Counted from the stretch's first letter, positions 26,342 through 40,575 are shown. The stretch: 64,000 nt of DNA from Octopus sinensis (GCF_006345805.1 NC_043000.1:48360001-48424000); one strand, 5' to 3'. The notes: generated from the letters alone by a model not told the origin. Translations and numbers: made by a program.

Positions 26342-26665
26342 TAAACCCTTTTGCATTTAAATTTCTGCCAAATATAATGCTTCTTCATTCATATTGTTTT
26401 GAATTGATCATGCATTTTAAAAATGTGATTCTTTAGTTTAGAATGACATTGTAAAGTAGGCATGTGAGGTTGGGTCTGGCTAGATTCAACATAAAGCAAG
26501 ATAGAATACTTGGGCCGGATATGGCTGGTTTAAATGTGTTATATCACATTTTCGGATGACCTCTACTCAACTCTGACGTCTAGGCTTCTCCCTCTATATC
26601 TACATATTGGGTTAGCCTACTTCATCGTCTGGAGGCGTCCACACAACAAAATGCTAAAGGGTTAA
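26342..26665. mobile_element. piggyBac-like MITE family 1 with an insertion in its right end
   Basis: TAAACCCTTTTGCATT ... AAATGCTAAAGGGTTAA. Confidence 0.75.
26537..26648. mobile_element. 112-bp solo-LTR-like insert (TGTT...AACA) with 5-bp TSD AAATG
   Basis: AAATG at 26532-26536 and 26649-26653; the segment is absent from the sister MITE at 25354. Confidence 0.6.
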
Positions 26666-28983
26666 ACACCATCATAAACTTTACCTGAGTAAAATATTTC
26701 TATTAGATGTGCACAAGCTACATATTACTAAATAGAAATGCCTATACATTCAAATCCTTTGTCTCTAACTCTGGTTTTATAGAGTTAAGAAAATTAAAAG
26801 TAAAATTTTCTCCTGGTTTTGAAATGCATATAATGGTAAACATAATACACCCTTCAGTGTAGTACCATCAAAGAATACTTGGTCAATTGATGCCTCTAGC
26901 AGAGGTCGCTTTATTGCAAAAGCTTTGTTATCCGATAAGCAGTCTGAAAATAAATTCTTGCCTTCCACCAATGAGCCCAGAAGCCCTGAGTACAATCATG
27001 CATGCTGGTTTTCCTCTTGAGTAAACAAAAAATAAAAAAAAGGGAGAACAAGAAAGGAAATATCAGGTGCATTCAAAGACAATCTAATACCTTCTCTCAG
27101 CAACAAAGTGAAGTGATATGTATTGAAGTATGTGACTTTATATAAATACAGGGGAAAATATCTTCAGGGAAATTTAAAGGAAAGACCTAAGAACTAGTAT
27201 TCTAATGTTATATTTGACTTAGCTGTTTCCCTTCTGATAGGTAATATACTAATATACTATATCATCACAATGTACAAAATGATAAGATGTTCCTTTATTT
27301 GTCTTAATATTTAAAAAATTGCTGCTTATTAAAGTGTGATGCTGTAGAGCAGTACTTGGCTGTCATGATGTCTTGTGGTACACTAAGACATCATTATAGA
27401 TTAAATTTATTGGAAAACAAACAATGCAGCAAATAAAAATAGTGAGAACGAACATGTTTTTTCTAAAAAGCCAAGAAATGTAATGAGTATTTACTATTTG
27501 GATAAGCTACATCCAGTAATATCTTTTAAAGAATCTACAAACAACAAATGAATAACATCCATCATGTTTATATCTACATATTCATTTCTAAATATTGCTG
27601 TTCCATCTATGTAAGAGCATTACAAAAGATTTGATAAGAAATAAAATAGAATTTCAATATATTTCAGAACCAGAGGTTGGCAAAAAATGTTCCTCTTTTC
27701 TCCAATTCATTACAAATCATTGTTATGCACAGAATCAATATGGTTTTGTAACATGACAGAAGATATTAGCATCGTATTTGGTATTTTATACATACATACA
27801 TATATATATATATGTATATGTATATGTTCATTTTTTTCCCTTCTTCTTTTAGATAGAAAGTGATCATACAGCTGCACAGATATTGCTAAATAAAACTTTA
27901 TGCTATAATAGATATTGTCATATGATTCTATGTATTGTAAATGCTTTATATTTGTATTGTATAAAAATGCATGATTTATCTATAAAATACATGGCTAATA
28001 CATTTTATCCCCAATTTAAATATATTTTAAATAGCCAGAAACAAAATTCCGTTCATGCAAGCGCATCGTCACAAACATAAAGAAAACTTTAATACACTGA
28101 AATGTATAATTCTCTCTCTCTCCTCTCTCTTTCTCTCACTTACATACACACATATACACACACTCTTAGATGTAGGAACACATATAATAAATGATCTACT
28201 CTATTCAATGATTTCTAATATCAATTATGCAAAACAGAATAGTATCTGATATGTTATCTGATATATATATATATATATACATAAATGTCTATATAAAATA
28301 CATGTATGCTGATGTATATGTATGTATGCACATTTTATACTTATATATGCGTGCATGTGTAAAAGCATAAAATTACATGCATTTAATTTAATATATATGT
28401 ATATAACAGATATGTGTGTATGTATGTATACTAAATATATGTTACATATTAACATCATATGCATCTTTATCTATAGTATTACATAGATATTATATATATA
28501 TATGTATATGCATATATAATATAATAATATATATGTATATATGCACAATATATGCACATCTAATTTCTCACTTCTTCCATCTTTTTTTTTTCTCTCTCTC
28601 TCTCTGTATATATATATATATATTTGTGTGTGTGTGTGTTTATACAAGCATACACACACAGAATGAGAGGGTGGTTCATATCTAATTACATATTTATATA
28701 TAAAAATATTTTTTTTACTTACCAGTAAAACCATCATAAATGCATACTTAGATGTGTGTGCTTAAAATCACAAGTAAATACAAGCACACATCATTGAAAA
28801 GAATGGATACAAACCCAAACATTTACTTATCTTTTTCCTCTTACATAATAGAATATTGAAAAGCATTATGTTGCAATATATATGATATTATGGGAATTTC
28901 AGAGACATAACATGTTCATGAGATGTAGAATTACAGAAAAATATTCAAGGTAATTTCAGGAGTACATATATGGAAATATGTTG

Positions 28984-29515
28984 TACAGTTCATCCTCATC
29001 AATAAGTATTCGGAATGTTGATATAGCAACAAAGCTAAAGAATGCAGAGTAAAACCAATTAACACAGATTGACTGTAAACTCTGCTGTGCATACACCACA
29101 TTTGACCATGAGAAAGTTGAGCAGAGAATCTGCATCAAATTTTGCCAAAAGCTTCGCAATACCAGCTCAGAAGTCTACTCAAAGTTTTCAAAAAGTTTTC
29201 AGCATTCTCGACACAATCAAGGAGATCTTGTGCAACTGAAACCCAAGTGTCCTTTTGGTCAGCTGAAAGCAGTTTTACCAAAAACCTAGCAGACACACGT
29301 CTCATACCCAAATCTTTAGTGGTGATGGATTAAACTGAACCATAATTAATCTGCAAGTCCTCTGATAACTCACGGATGGTGATTTGATGATTTCTCCTCA
29401 CAGCTGCATGCACAGCAGAGGTCAAGGTCAATCTGTAATGAGCAGCTTCCCTGTGTGTGCTTTAGCTTCGTTACTATGGCAACAGTCTGGATACTTATTG
29501 ATCAGATCTCCTATA
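28984..29515. mobile_element. Rearranged mariner derivative: TIRs at both ends, transposase fragments on opposite strands
   Basis: TIR ATCAATAAGTAT(T/C)C(G/A)GA(A/C)TGTTG..ATAG.AAC.AAGCTAAAG at both ends. Plus strand gives EQRICIKFCQKL; minus strand gives ITIRELSEDLQINYGSV*SITTKDLGMRRVSARF..KLLSADQKD. Confidence 0.85.
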
Positions 29516-29574
29516 TTAATAAATAATACAATGGAACAACACTTACAGGAACATATACTCATGAATAGATATTC

Positions 29575-29990
29575 TTTTATTCTTTTGTTTGTTTCAGTCA
29601 TTTGACTGTGGCCATGCTGCAGCATCACCTCGAGGGGTTTTAGTTGAACATATCGACCCCAGGACTTGTATTTTAAGCCTCATACTTATTCTATTGGTCT
29701 CTTTTGCCAAACTGCTAAGTTACAGGTATGTAAACACACCAACACCAGTTGTGAAATGGTGACGGAGGGACAAACACAGACATGAAGACACATACACATA
29801 GATATATATACATACACAATTACATATATATATACATGACAGGCTTCTTTCAGTTTCTGTCTACCAAATTCACTCACAATGCTTTGGTCAATCGAGGCTA
29901 AAGTAGAAGACACTAGCCCAAGGCGTCATGCAATGGGATTGAACCCAGAACCATGTGGTTAGGATGGAAGTGTCTTACCACACAGCCACA
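29575..29990 (-). mobile_element. SINE family A, near full length
   Basis: Reverse complement matches 62393-62780. Confidence 0.9.
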
Positions 29991-30741
29991 CCATCATCAA
30001 TATCAACATCCCCATCATCATCATCATCAATATCATCATTGTCGTCATGATTTCATCATCATCATTTTCATGTTCACTTTTTTATATTTACATATGTGAG
30101 ACAAAAGTTGTTAAATTACCTGTTATCTTTTATCATCTACTTCTTTCAGTCGTTGAACTGTGGCCATGCTAGGGCACCATCTTGTAAGGTTTTTTTGAGC
30201 AATTCGACCCAGTACTAATTTTTTTGAGCCTGTCTCTTTTTGCCAGTCTCTTTTGCAACACTACTAAATTATGGGAGCCATCAGGAAACTGACACCAATT
30301 ATCAAGTGGTGTTGGAGTGAATAAAGAACACAAAGAAATGGTGTTAGGAAGGGTAACCAGCTGTAGAAATCATGCAAAAACAGACAACTGGAGACACATA
30401 CAGCTCTCTCGCTTGCCAAAATGTCCAGCCATGCCAGCATTTTGATGATATATATGCTAATATAATTCTCACCCAAAATAGAGACAAGTACTAACCCTTC
30501 CGCATGTTACACTTGAACAATTGTGAAGATCCTTTCACGTGAAACTATTGGTTGCCTTGTTAATGAACAAGTACATGTAGTGTGGAATTCTCAGACCCTT
30601 ACATAACAATACAGTAGCACATTATTTTACCGACTAGAAACTGCATCCTCATTGCCAATTGTCACAGATTCGTTATTACCACACGTGCATACACATACAC
30701 ACACATAAATACATACATACATACATAGAAACTTACATATG

Positions 30742-30784
<43 letters not shown>

Positions 30785-31559
30785 TTATATATGTGTGTGC
30801 ATGTGTATAAAAGTATGCATGTATCTGTGTGTACACATGTGTGTTTTCATATATCTTTCTTTTTCTCTCTACATAGATGTGTGTGTGTGTCTTTTCATTC
30901 CTTTAAAAAATGGTTTGTCATGCTTATGATATTTTGTTTGGTAAAGCTGAGAGCAATGTCTGATGTACAATGAAGTTATAATAGCTTATAGCCAGATCCT
31001 ATATCCGGCTAATAGGCTAATAGCTTAAAGTTGATTACATTCTATAATGGAGATGAAGAATTTTGTACTTAAGAATCAGGAACTATATATATGTAAACAT
31101 TTTGCATATAGACGTGTGTGTGTGTGAATACATACATACATACATATACATATATATATACATACATATGCATATATATATATATAGATAGATACATATG
31201 CATATATATATATATATATATATCACCTTCATGCTATGTTTTTATGTTTTCAGTCACTGTTCTCTCACTTTCTCTCTCTCCTCCCTCTGCTACACTCCAT
31301 TCTTAACACATCTCTCTTATCTGCTATCATTCTCAATGCCCCTTCATATCTATCATCATGCCTTATTTACTCTAGCCTCTATCTACCACTAGAGCCCCCT
31401 CTCCACTACTGTAGAGGTACATCAAGGTTATAGTAAGTGATGCATGATAATAGCTAGATACACCTTGCACACCATCCTACTACTCTTTTGATGAACTCCT
31501 CCTTCCAAAGCCACTCCTACATCGCTCGCCTTCTCCCTCTCCATTCTGTTATTTCCTTA

Positions 31560-31830
31560 TTTCTTTATTGCCCACAAGGGGCTGAACATAGAGGGGACAA
31601 ACAAGGACAGACAAAGGTGTTAAGTGGATTACATTGACCCCAGTGCATAACTGGTACTTAATTTATCGACCCCGAAAGAATGAAAGGCAAAGTCGACCTT
31701 GGCAGAATTTGAACTCAGAATGTAATGGCAGATGAAATACCTATTTCTTTACTAGCCACAAGGGGCTAAACACAGAGAGGACAAACAAGGACAGACAAAC
31801 AGATTAAGTCGATTTTATCGACCCCAGTGC
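31560..31830 (-). mobile_element. Two tandem SINE family B pieces
   Basis: CCACAAGGGGCTGAACATAGAGGGGACAAACAAGG tail appears twice (31572 and 31757). Confidence 0.85.
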
Positions 31831-32076
31831 ATAACTGTCAAACTGTCCAACTCATGCCAGCATGGAAAACAGGCTTTAAAGGATGATGATGATTATGATG
31901 ATGATGAGGATGATGATAATAATATACATATGTGTGTATCTATGTATGTGTGTGTGTGTGTGTGTGTGTGATATTTGGTCAATAACTGATGAGGGATTGA
32001 ATATGTCCTTGTCCACTGTGCATACATTTTCTTTTTTTTCTCCTATGCTGCATTTTTATTATACATATGTACATAA

Positions 32077-32492
32077 GGCTCAGGAGTGGCTGTGTGGTAA
32101 ATAGCTTGCTTACCAACCACATGGTTGTGTGTTCATTCCCACTGCGTGGCACCTTATGCAAGTGTCTTCTACTGTAGCCTCGGGCCGACCAAAGCCTTGT
32201 GAGTAGATTTGGTAGACGAAAATTGAAAGAAGCTCATCGTATATATGTATATATATATATATACATGTATGTGTGTGCATATGTTTGTGTGTCTGTGTTT
32301 CTCTCCCCCAACATTGCTTGACAACCGATGGTGGTGTGTTTACGCCCCCGTAATTTAGTGGTTCAGCAAAAGAGACCAATAGAATAAGTACTAAGCTTAC
32401 AAAGAATAAGTCCTGGGGTCGATTTGCTCGACTAAAGGCAGTGCTCCAGCATGGCCACAGTCAAATGACTGAAACAAGTAAAAGAGTAAAGA
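32077..32492 (+). mobile_element. SINE family A, full length
   Basis: GGCTCAGGAGTGGCTGTGTGGTAA head through GAAACAAGTAAAAGAGTAAAGAG tail. Confidence 0.93.
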
Positions 32493-32494
32493 GC

Positions 32495-32539
<45 letters not shown>

Positions 32540-32956
32540 CGCGCATACACATGTAAGCATATTGTTTTAACAATTTTAAATTCTTCCATAATCCACTATA
32601 TTATTTCACAATGCACAAGAGAGTCTACAGAGATATAAATTATCATATGCTGGTGCTGGTGCTGGTGCTGGTGGCTGTCTGTACTCAGATATAAGAAATC
32701 TTGTTCATTTTCATTTTGTTACAAACTTCGATATCAGTTTAGCTTTTTTTTTTTCTATCTTTGTTAATTAGTAATTACAGCTACACTGTCTGTTTGCTAA
32801 ACTAATTATGTATCAACTAAATTCTCATCTCTTTAATCACAATGACAAAATGAGTTAGTTACCGAATTATTGATACCAATCTCTTGTAGCTGTTTTTGTG
32901 AATATAGTTAATTAGTAACACATATGCACATATATACACATATACAAATACAAATT

Positions 32957-32990
<34 letters not shown>

Positions 32991-33834
32991 TTACCTTTCT
33001 TTATTTGACTTAATTTGTGAATATACAATTGTATTGTGTAATAATGCTGAGTATACATATTGATGCAAATATTAACATCTAATATTTACATACTGAAATT
33101 GACATTACAAGAAGAAAGTTATGAGATGGCAGAATTCATAGAAGAAGTCATATGGCAAAATATATCTATCTTCACCTCTCATACCTCTTGATGTTATGCC
33201 TTATATATATTTATAAATTTCATGTGTCTTAGAGTTTATATTCTTATATGAAGACAGAATAACTTTCCTACCTGTTTTCTATATTTATATAAGTAAGACA
33301 GTACTCCATCATGGCTGTAGCACTAAAAGATAAATCAAACAGAAGAACTGAAGAATGCATTAATAGCACTCCAGTACTTCAGTGTTTTATTATCTTCTTT
33401 GTATTCAAGGATTTGCTATCAATAGTCTTTACAAAATGTAGTTCATATGGTATTTTATTCCCGAACGTAAAACTTGTTTGATATACCACAGCATAGCTCA
33501 GTTAAATACCTGTTCTGTCTTTGTAGCTTCTTCATAAATCTGATGTCTTCTTTTCTGTTTTTCTTATCCTACTTTATTATTTAAGATGTCTCTGTCCAAT
33601 CGGTTACATTTGTTACTTCTGAAAAATCTTTCTCAAAAACCGATCTATTGTTTTTCCTCCTGAATTTTTAGAGGAAAAATATTGTAATTCGTTAATTAAT
33701 ATTTGTAAACTAATATTTCACAGTGCTCTCTTTCCTCCTCGTTTCTGTCTACTATTGCTGTTATTGTTGTTCTTCATCGTTAATTCGACACACCATGTAG
33801 CAGGCCTACGAACAAAGCACACCACCCCTTTTTA

Positions 33835-34190
33835 CACACACACACAGACACACACACACGCACACACACGCAGACACACAACACACACACACACTTGCAC
33901 TCACACATAAACACACACACACATTCACAAACACACACATTCACACTCATACACACACTCGCGCGCAAACATAAACGTACACATGCTCACAAACATGCAC
34001 ACTCAGACATACACACACATACGCATATACTCAAATACACACATAAGCACACATGCACTTAAAAACGCACACACACATAACACGCATTCACTCACATACA
34101 CTCAGACATACATACAAACACACACACACTCACACACTCACACACACACAAATACAAGTGCACACAAATACACACACATACACATTATAC
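33835..34190. repeat. Interrupted (CA)n array
   Basis: Seen directly. Confidence 0.95.
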
Positions 34191-34602
34191 GTCATCATCA
34201 TTTAACATCCTCTTTTCCATGCATGTATAGGCCCGATGGCATTTATTTGAGTAAGATTTCCCACAACCCACAAATCTTTCAGTCACCACTCCTCACCTAT
34301 TTCTGTGCAAGCTAACATTTCTCCATAGCTAAACATGTTCTTGCAGAATACTGGAAAGGAATGCCCAGTGCAGTGCATGTATAACAGAAACACTCATTTA
34401 CAATTACAATTACCACATGATGTTAAGACAAGAAGATGCAAACACATAATCACGCATATATACACACATACACAGATACATACATAGATTCATACATATG
34501 TACATACATACATATATACAAAAATACATCCAGCAGAATAATTAATAATTGTTGTAAACTTAAACGTTATTCATCAGTTTTATATGTATATATATATATA
34601 TA

Positions 34603-35265
34603 TGCACCCAGTGTAAGCTTTGGACACATAAAAGGTGCAGCAACATCAGAGGAATGTTAACAGGGAAACTAGCTTTTGTATGTGAAAGATGCAAATGTAC
34701 AATAAACACTGAAAATGGGCAGAAAATAGACTTCATCAGCTGCCAGAGGGGCAAGCTAAAGGTAGTAGATAGCTTTCGTTATCTAAGTGATCACGTTAGT
34801 AGGGGAGGTAGTTGTTCCAAGAGCATATCTCTAAGAATAAGATTAGGCTGGGCAAAGTTCAGAGAGCGCTTACCTCTGCTGGCAACAAAGGACCTTTCTC
34901 TCAGGGTCAAAGGCAGATTGTTTGATGCCTGTGTGTGAGCAGCTATGCTGCATGGCAATGAAACATGGGCTATGACAGCCGAGGACATGTGTAGGCTTGA
35001 AAGAAATGAAGTCAGTATGCTTCGCTGAATGTGCAATGTCAGTGTACATGTTTGACAGAGTGTAAGTATCTTGAGAGAAAAGTTAGGCATAAGAGAAATC
35101 AGATTTATTGTGCAAGAAAGACGTCTGTGCTGGTATAGTCATGGATGCATATGGATGAGGACAGCTATGTAAAGAAGTGCTGATGTCTGTGGAGGGAACG
35201 TGTGGTAGAGGTAGACTCAGGAAGACATGGGATGAGGTGGTGAAGCATGATCTTTGAACTTTGTA
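34603..35265 (+). mobile_element. RTE-clade LINE fragment (RT C-terminal half), frameshifted
   Basis: CTQCKLWTHKRC..., VVDSFRYLSDHVSRGG, GWAKFRE.LPLLATKDLSLRVKGRLFDACV, ETWA, RRLCWY, GRGR.RKTW.EVVK.D motifs. Confidence 0.9.
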
Positions 35266-35474
35266 CACTGACTTTTAATATATATTTTGCCAATTTGGAT
35301 TATGTTTGCTGGCTATTTTATCATTTTTTTAAAAGATAATGATAACTTATTTGAATTTTGTATGTATATAGGGCTACAGTAAAAGACATTTGGCCAAGGT
35401 GCCACGCAATAGGACTAGTTGGGAAGCAATTATCTTAGCACACAGATATACTTGTGCCTACATATATAGCCACT

Positions 35475-35524
<50 letters not shown>

Positions 35525-36959
35525 CCTTAGATTACATTTGTCAACATGTTCTATGTTTTTTCACTGCTATTCTTCATGAGCCATGTGACCCCGTACTACA
35601 AATCTCTCTCCCTGGCTTGAATATTTCGTATTCCCATTTTTCTGCTGCTGTTGTTGTTGTTGTTGTTGTTTATACTTTTCTGTTCCTAAAGATATACTTC
35701 TGAATCACTAAGCTACCATTTTCAGTAAACTCTTCTCACTAAGTAATAAGCCAACTGGTTGAGTCCAGTCAAAAGAACAGAATATTCCTCACAGTAAAAT
35801 TGATATTTTGGAAGCTTCATGATTCTCTTCCCATTTCTGAAGGTCAACACCAACCACAATATATGTGATGGGACACATCATATTATGCAATAATGTTACA
35901 TAAGGAAGAGAGAAAGAGACAGAGAAGTAGAATGAGTCTTCATTACAAAGTGCAGAACATTATCAAGTTAATTTTAATATATCTGATTTATTCCCACTTG
36001 AAAATAATGAGATACTTAACATAGAAGATATTAATTAAAATATCTTGCAAGGAGGTCCATCAAAATTTGATTGGAAAATTTGCTTGATGGTTCAACAATA
36101 TATTAATTTACTAAATGAGATTACATCATTCTAGTTTCCTATGGATTTATATTTTGAGAAATATATTTCTAGTCTTATACATACACATATATACATATAA
36201 CTATATGTGAAGGTGCTTGTGTGATACACATGCACATGTGGTATATGGGTGTATATAAATGTTCATATGTATATATGATTTTGTGCATATATATGTATGA
36301 ATACATATATATGTGCATTTATATATATATATATATTATATATATATATATATATATATTATATACACACACACACACATATATATATACATTCATTCAC
36401 ACACATATATATATTATAAACATTTACATACTGTTAATTATCTTTAACTATATTTGTGTCTGTGTATAAATATATATTATATTTGTATATATACATACAC
36501 ACACACACACATATATATTATATTCATGTATATATAAGTATCATATGGTATAATTATAAACAGGACAAATTTTAGCCATTTCTCCGCAAACTGAAAAAAT
36601 GATGAACAACCTTAATCAATTTTCGAACCTAATCGGTTTCTCATCAGTCTCCAGAGAAACAAATAACCAACTTTGTGTCTGTGTCAGTCTGCCCTAATCC
36701 ACTTGACTACTGGTATTGGTTTATTTGTGCCCCTGTAACATACTAATTCAGCAAAATAACTGGTAGAATAAGTACTGGTATCTATTAAGATCCTTCAATG
36801 TAGCATCCTAGCTTTCTGAAAAAAAAATCCACACACAAACACAAATATATATCATATTCATACATATGTATTTGTATATAATATATCTGTATAAATATAT
36901 TATATTCATGTATATATAAGTATCATATGGTATAATTATAAACAGGACAAATTTTATCC

Positions 36960-37190
36960 ATTGGCATATTTCGGTCATATTATGTGGAAAAAATCCCTGG
37001 AGAAGGACATCATGCTCGGAATGGTCAGTAGCAAGAGAGGAAGAGGCCGACCAAGAACCCACTGGCTTGACACCATCAAGAGTGATACCGGCATGGACAT
37101 AGCCAATCTGAAAGAAGCGGCCCAGGATAGAACTGACTGGAGGACACTGATCCAACGAGTAACCGAGAGTCGACTTCGATGGAGCGGATA
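36960..37190 (+). mobile_element. RTE/BovB-like LINE 3' terminal fragment
   Basis: YFGHIM..SLEKDIMLGMVSSKRGRGRPRTHWLDTIK...AQDRTDWR.LI.RVTESRLR is the BovB-type C-terminus. Confidence 0.9.
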
Positions 37191-39109
37191 GAAAGATAGA
37201 TAAAGAGAGAGGTAGTGTTAGATAAGTAGACACACAGACAGATTGATAGATAGAGAGATAGAGATAAAGCACATATTCTCTTCTAATGTTTCAAGGCCAT
37301 ATATAATTTTTGGTGATTTTAACATAGCAAATTATTTTGTGAGATGTTTATTTAGTTTACTTTGGTAAGTTCTTTGGATAATTTATTTGTTAGATTTATC
37401 AGCATCCTGAAACCAATAAGTGCACAGCTATATTGAATACCCCTTTACTGCTTCATAAATATTTGGATCTCCCATCCATCCACTTGAATAACTGCACTCT
37501 CTAATTACTATAAGATCTATTGACATTTACCACATCAATTGGAATCAGACAGGATGTTTCTACTTTTATATGCACTCTAATTCTTAAGCACCTTGCTGAT
37601 GGTAAAAGGAAGTTAGTTTTCTCTGTGTAATTTAGATATACATCAACGGACAGTTGGGTATGATAATTACAACAATGTAAGATTTATAGATATGTTATGC
37701 TAATTAATCATAGATGTATCATTTTGGTTATCTTTAGAAGAATGATGTATTGCAATCACTTGATGAAGAAATATGGCTTTTATTGAGAAATCAAAGGTTA
37801 TTTAGTCAACCAAAAGGTTTTGAAATATATAATTACTTTTATTTAGCCCAAGGTCAGACCTGATTGAGATGTTCTTTAATCAAGTGTATTCTAGACAGGA
37901 CCATATCTTCCTTTTCTTGAACATTGCATATATAGAAGTACATCAAGCAATTTAATCCATCCACATTCAAGATAATCAATCCAGTTTGGCAACTTGCTTG
38001 GACCAATGTAATTTCTCTATAACAGATGTTGTAATCAAGGGATGAGGCTTAAACACCAAGCCTGGGTTTTCGTCACATCAGTCTTTCACTCGCTGAAATA
38101 TCTCATCTGCACACACCACAACTAGAGATAGATGATAACAGTAGTTTGCTAACTGAACTAGTTGAACCTCGTCATTGACTTCCACTTAATTCACTTCATC
38201 TGCTAAGATAGTTCGTATTCACTATGTTGCATCCCATGATTTCAATGCACCATGATTTCAATGATTTCAACAGGTGATTGTATACTCTTTAACCTATAGC
38301 TGGGACTATGAAAAGTGCTACAATTCTAGGCAAGGGTTGATCTGGGAACAGCAATGACTAAGAGGTGGTTCCACACTCCTCAAAATCCTGGAAATCCTGA
38401 ATCAGCATACCACAAGTAGATGCATTTTAAAGCCACACCCAGGATTAACGTCATATCCAGAACTTTTTAAGTTGGTAGGGTGTAATATGAATGCTATTTT
38501 TACGCTGTTTCTAGCAGATCATGTGATCCTTTTAGAGTTCCTTGAGCCACTTTTAGTATTATTATATATTATTATATTATTATAATAATATTATTCAAGG
38601 TAGTAGAATCGGTGGTGAAGAAAGTATAGAAGTGGAATATCATGGAACTCTACATTTGTTTCAATGATGAATAACACTTGAACATGTCCATTCTGTTTAG
38701 GGCTCAAGGGTCAGTAAATTAAGTACAAGTAACACTGTATTCAACCACCACCTGCTTCTTGGGTACTTTTAGAAGAGGATTCCATGCTGTTAAGCCTACA
38801 GCCTGATGATTATAAGTTCATCCCTCGCTACCACAAGTTACAGAGCCTCCTGAAGAAAGTCCTGGATGTTGGCCTTCGTCCTCAGCCTAAGCCTTTAAAA
38901 AGAAACAAAACAATGTTTATCTTTACTATATACACTTGATGATAACATATTGATGTGATCATACATGGATTACTTAAATCTACTGAGGACATTTAATTTA
39001 TCGCTATAGTTGTGTTTATATCATTCTGTATTTGCCTATTTCTAGGAAATATGACTCTACTTTTCTCAAATTTGCATTGAGAGTTCACAACTCCAGTACC
39101 ACAGACATG

Positions 39110-39300
39110 TGACTAGAATGTCACAGGAAAGTATCACAAAGCAGATTCTTCAAGCCAAGCCAACTGGCAGAAAATAATATCCATAATCTCAGGTGCTTTA
39201 TGTTTGAGAATCCAGCTGGAAAATTTAATGATAGTTGCTTCTGATAGGACCTTTTAGAGGAGATGCCAGAGGACTCTATACCCATGACTCTCTTAGGAAT
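39110..39300 (+). mobile_element. Degenerate RTE LINE 3' remnant
   Basis: Translates as RMSQESITKQILQAKPTGR. Confidence 0.55.
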
Positions 39301-39769
39301 ATTTGGCAGTCAAGATCAATGGATACATACCCAATAAGTGATCCCTTTTTGTTACAAATATTATCTAATACATTTATTTATGTATCTGTTAATATATATT
39401 TTGTTGCAAAATTTGTAAACAATAATATCTTTGGTTTATTTGCTTGCAGCATTTCAGTCACTTGTTTACAGAATTTCTGATAGTGAAAGTGACATCAGAG
39501 TCTCTGTATTGTGTGGAACAAATCTTGCAATGGACTTCATTTGAAAACAACCATTGTTCCCTATTGCTAATATTTATATTCTTTTCTGGTATATATTGAT
39601 GAAAGGTACATGCACACACATAGACAAACACACACACACACATATAAGTACACAAATGCATGCTCTCACATATATACATGTACACAATACACACATTGGA
39701 TTTCAGCAGTTTCCATTTGCAAAATTCCAATCACAAAGTATTGATCTACCCAATGCCATGTAGTAGGAT

Positions 39770-39840
39770 TGTGGCTGGGAAACACACTTTCCTTGTGGCT
39801 AGGAAACACTCTTTCCTTGTGGCTGGGAAATACCCTTCTT
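39770..39840. repeat. 24-bp minisatellite x3
   Basis: TGTGGCT(G/A)GGAAACAC(A/T)CTTTCCT units. Confidence 0.9.
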
Positions 39841-40159
39841 ATCCATTTTGCCATGCACCAAGGCCAACAAAATTCTTTCTACCCCTGCTTCTAAATGCAG
39901 TCTTCAGTTTCTTTTTATGTATATATATTTTGTGTTGAGGATTTCTTTAGTAAATCAAAAATTATATGATGCTGAAATATATCCTTCTTCATAGTCTCTT
40001 TTCAGAGTCCCTGAGAGACTAATTACCATATCAGTTTTAATACAAACAATTGACTACGGGTTTATGATGATGTTGATTCAGATAATCCAATGGAATCCTT
40101 TAACTAATTTGTAAATCATTGATCTGTGGATAATTTAAATATCAGCCTTATTTTGGTTT

Positions 40160-40575
40160 CAAATTTTGACACAAGGCCAACAATTACATCTAGCTCCAGT
40201 GTTCAACGGATACTTATTTTTTTGACCTCAAAAGGGTGAAAAGCAAAGTCGACCTCGGCATTTTTTTATCACAGAACATAAAGACAGATGAAATACCACT
40301 AAGCATTTTGCCCGGCATGCTCACAATTCTGCCAGTTTGCCACCCTAAATAACTGTCTTATATTGAGATCTTATAATTGTTTTAAATTTTGAAACAAGGC
40401 CGGTAGTTTTAAGGTGATGGGGTTAGCCAATTACATCAACCCAAGTACTTGACAAGTGCTTCATTTTGTTGGCCCTGAAAGGTTGACGGCAACCTTAGTA
40501 AGATTTAAACTTAGAACATTGAGTCAGAACAAATGTCACAAGACCAATTTTAGCAATGCTCATACAATTCTGCCT
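40160..40575 (-). mobile_element. Two diverged SINE family B copies in tandem
   Basis: GACACAAGGCC tails and GCAAAGTCGACCTCGGC domain. Confidence 0.7.

Noticed and set aside
26777-26995. 72-aa complex ORF (DCLSDNKAFAIKRPLLEASIDQVFFDG) as an exon
   Set aside because: No recognisable family; splice sites are ambiguous.
27365-27396. Short hairpin ATGATGTCTT...AAGACATCAT as a miRNA precursor
   Set aside because: Only about 31 nt, too short for a pre-miRNA.
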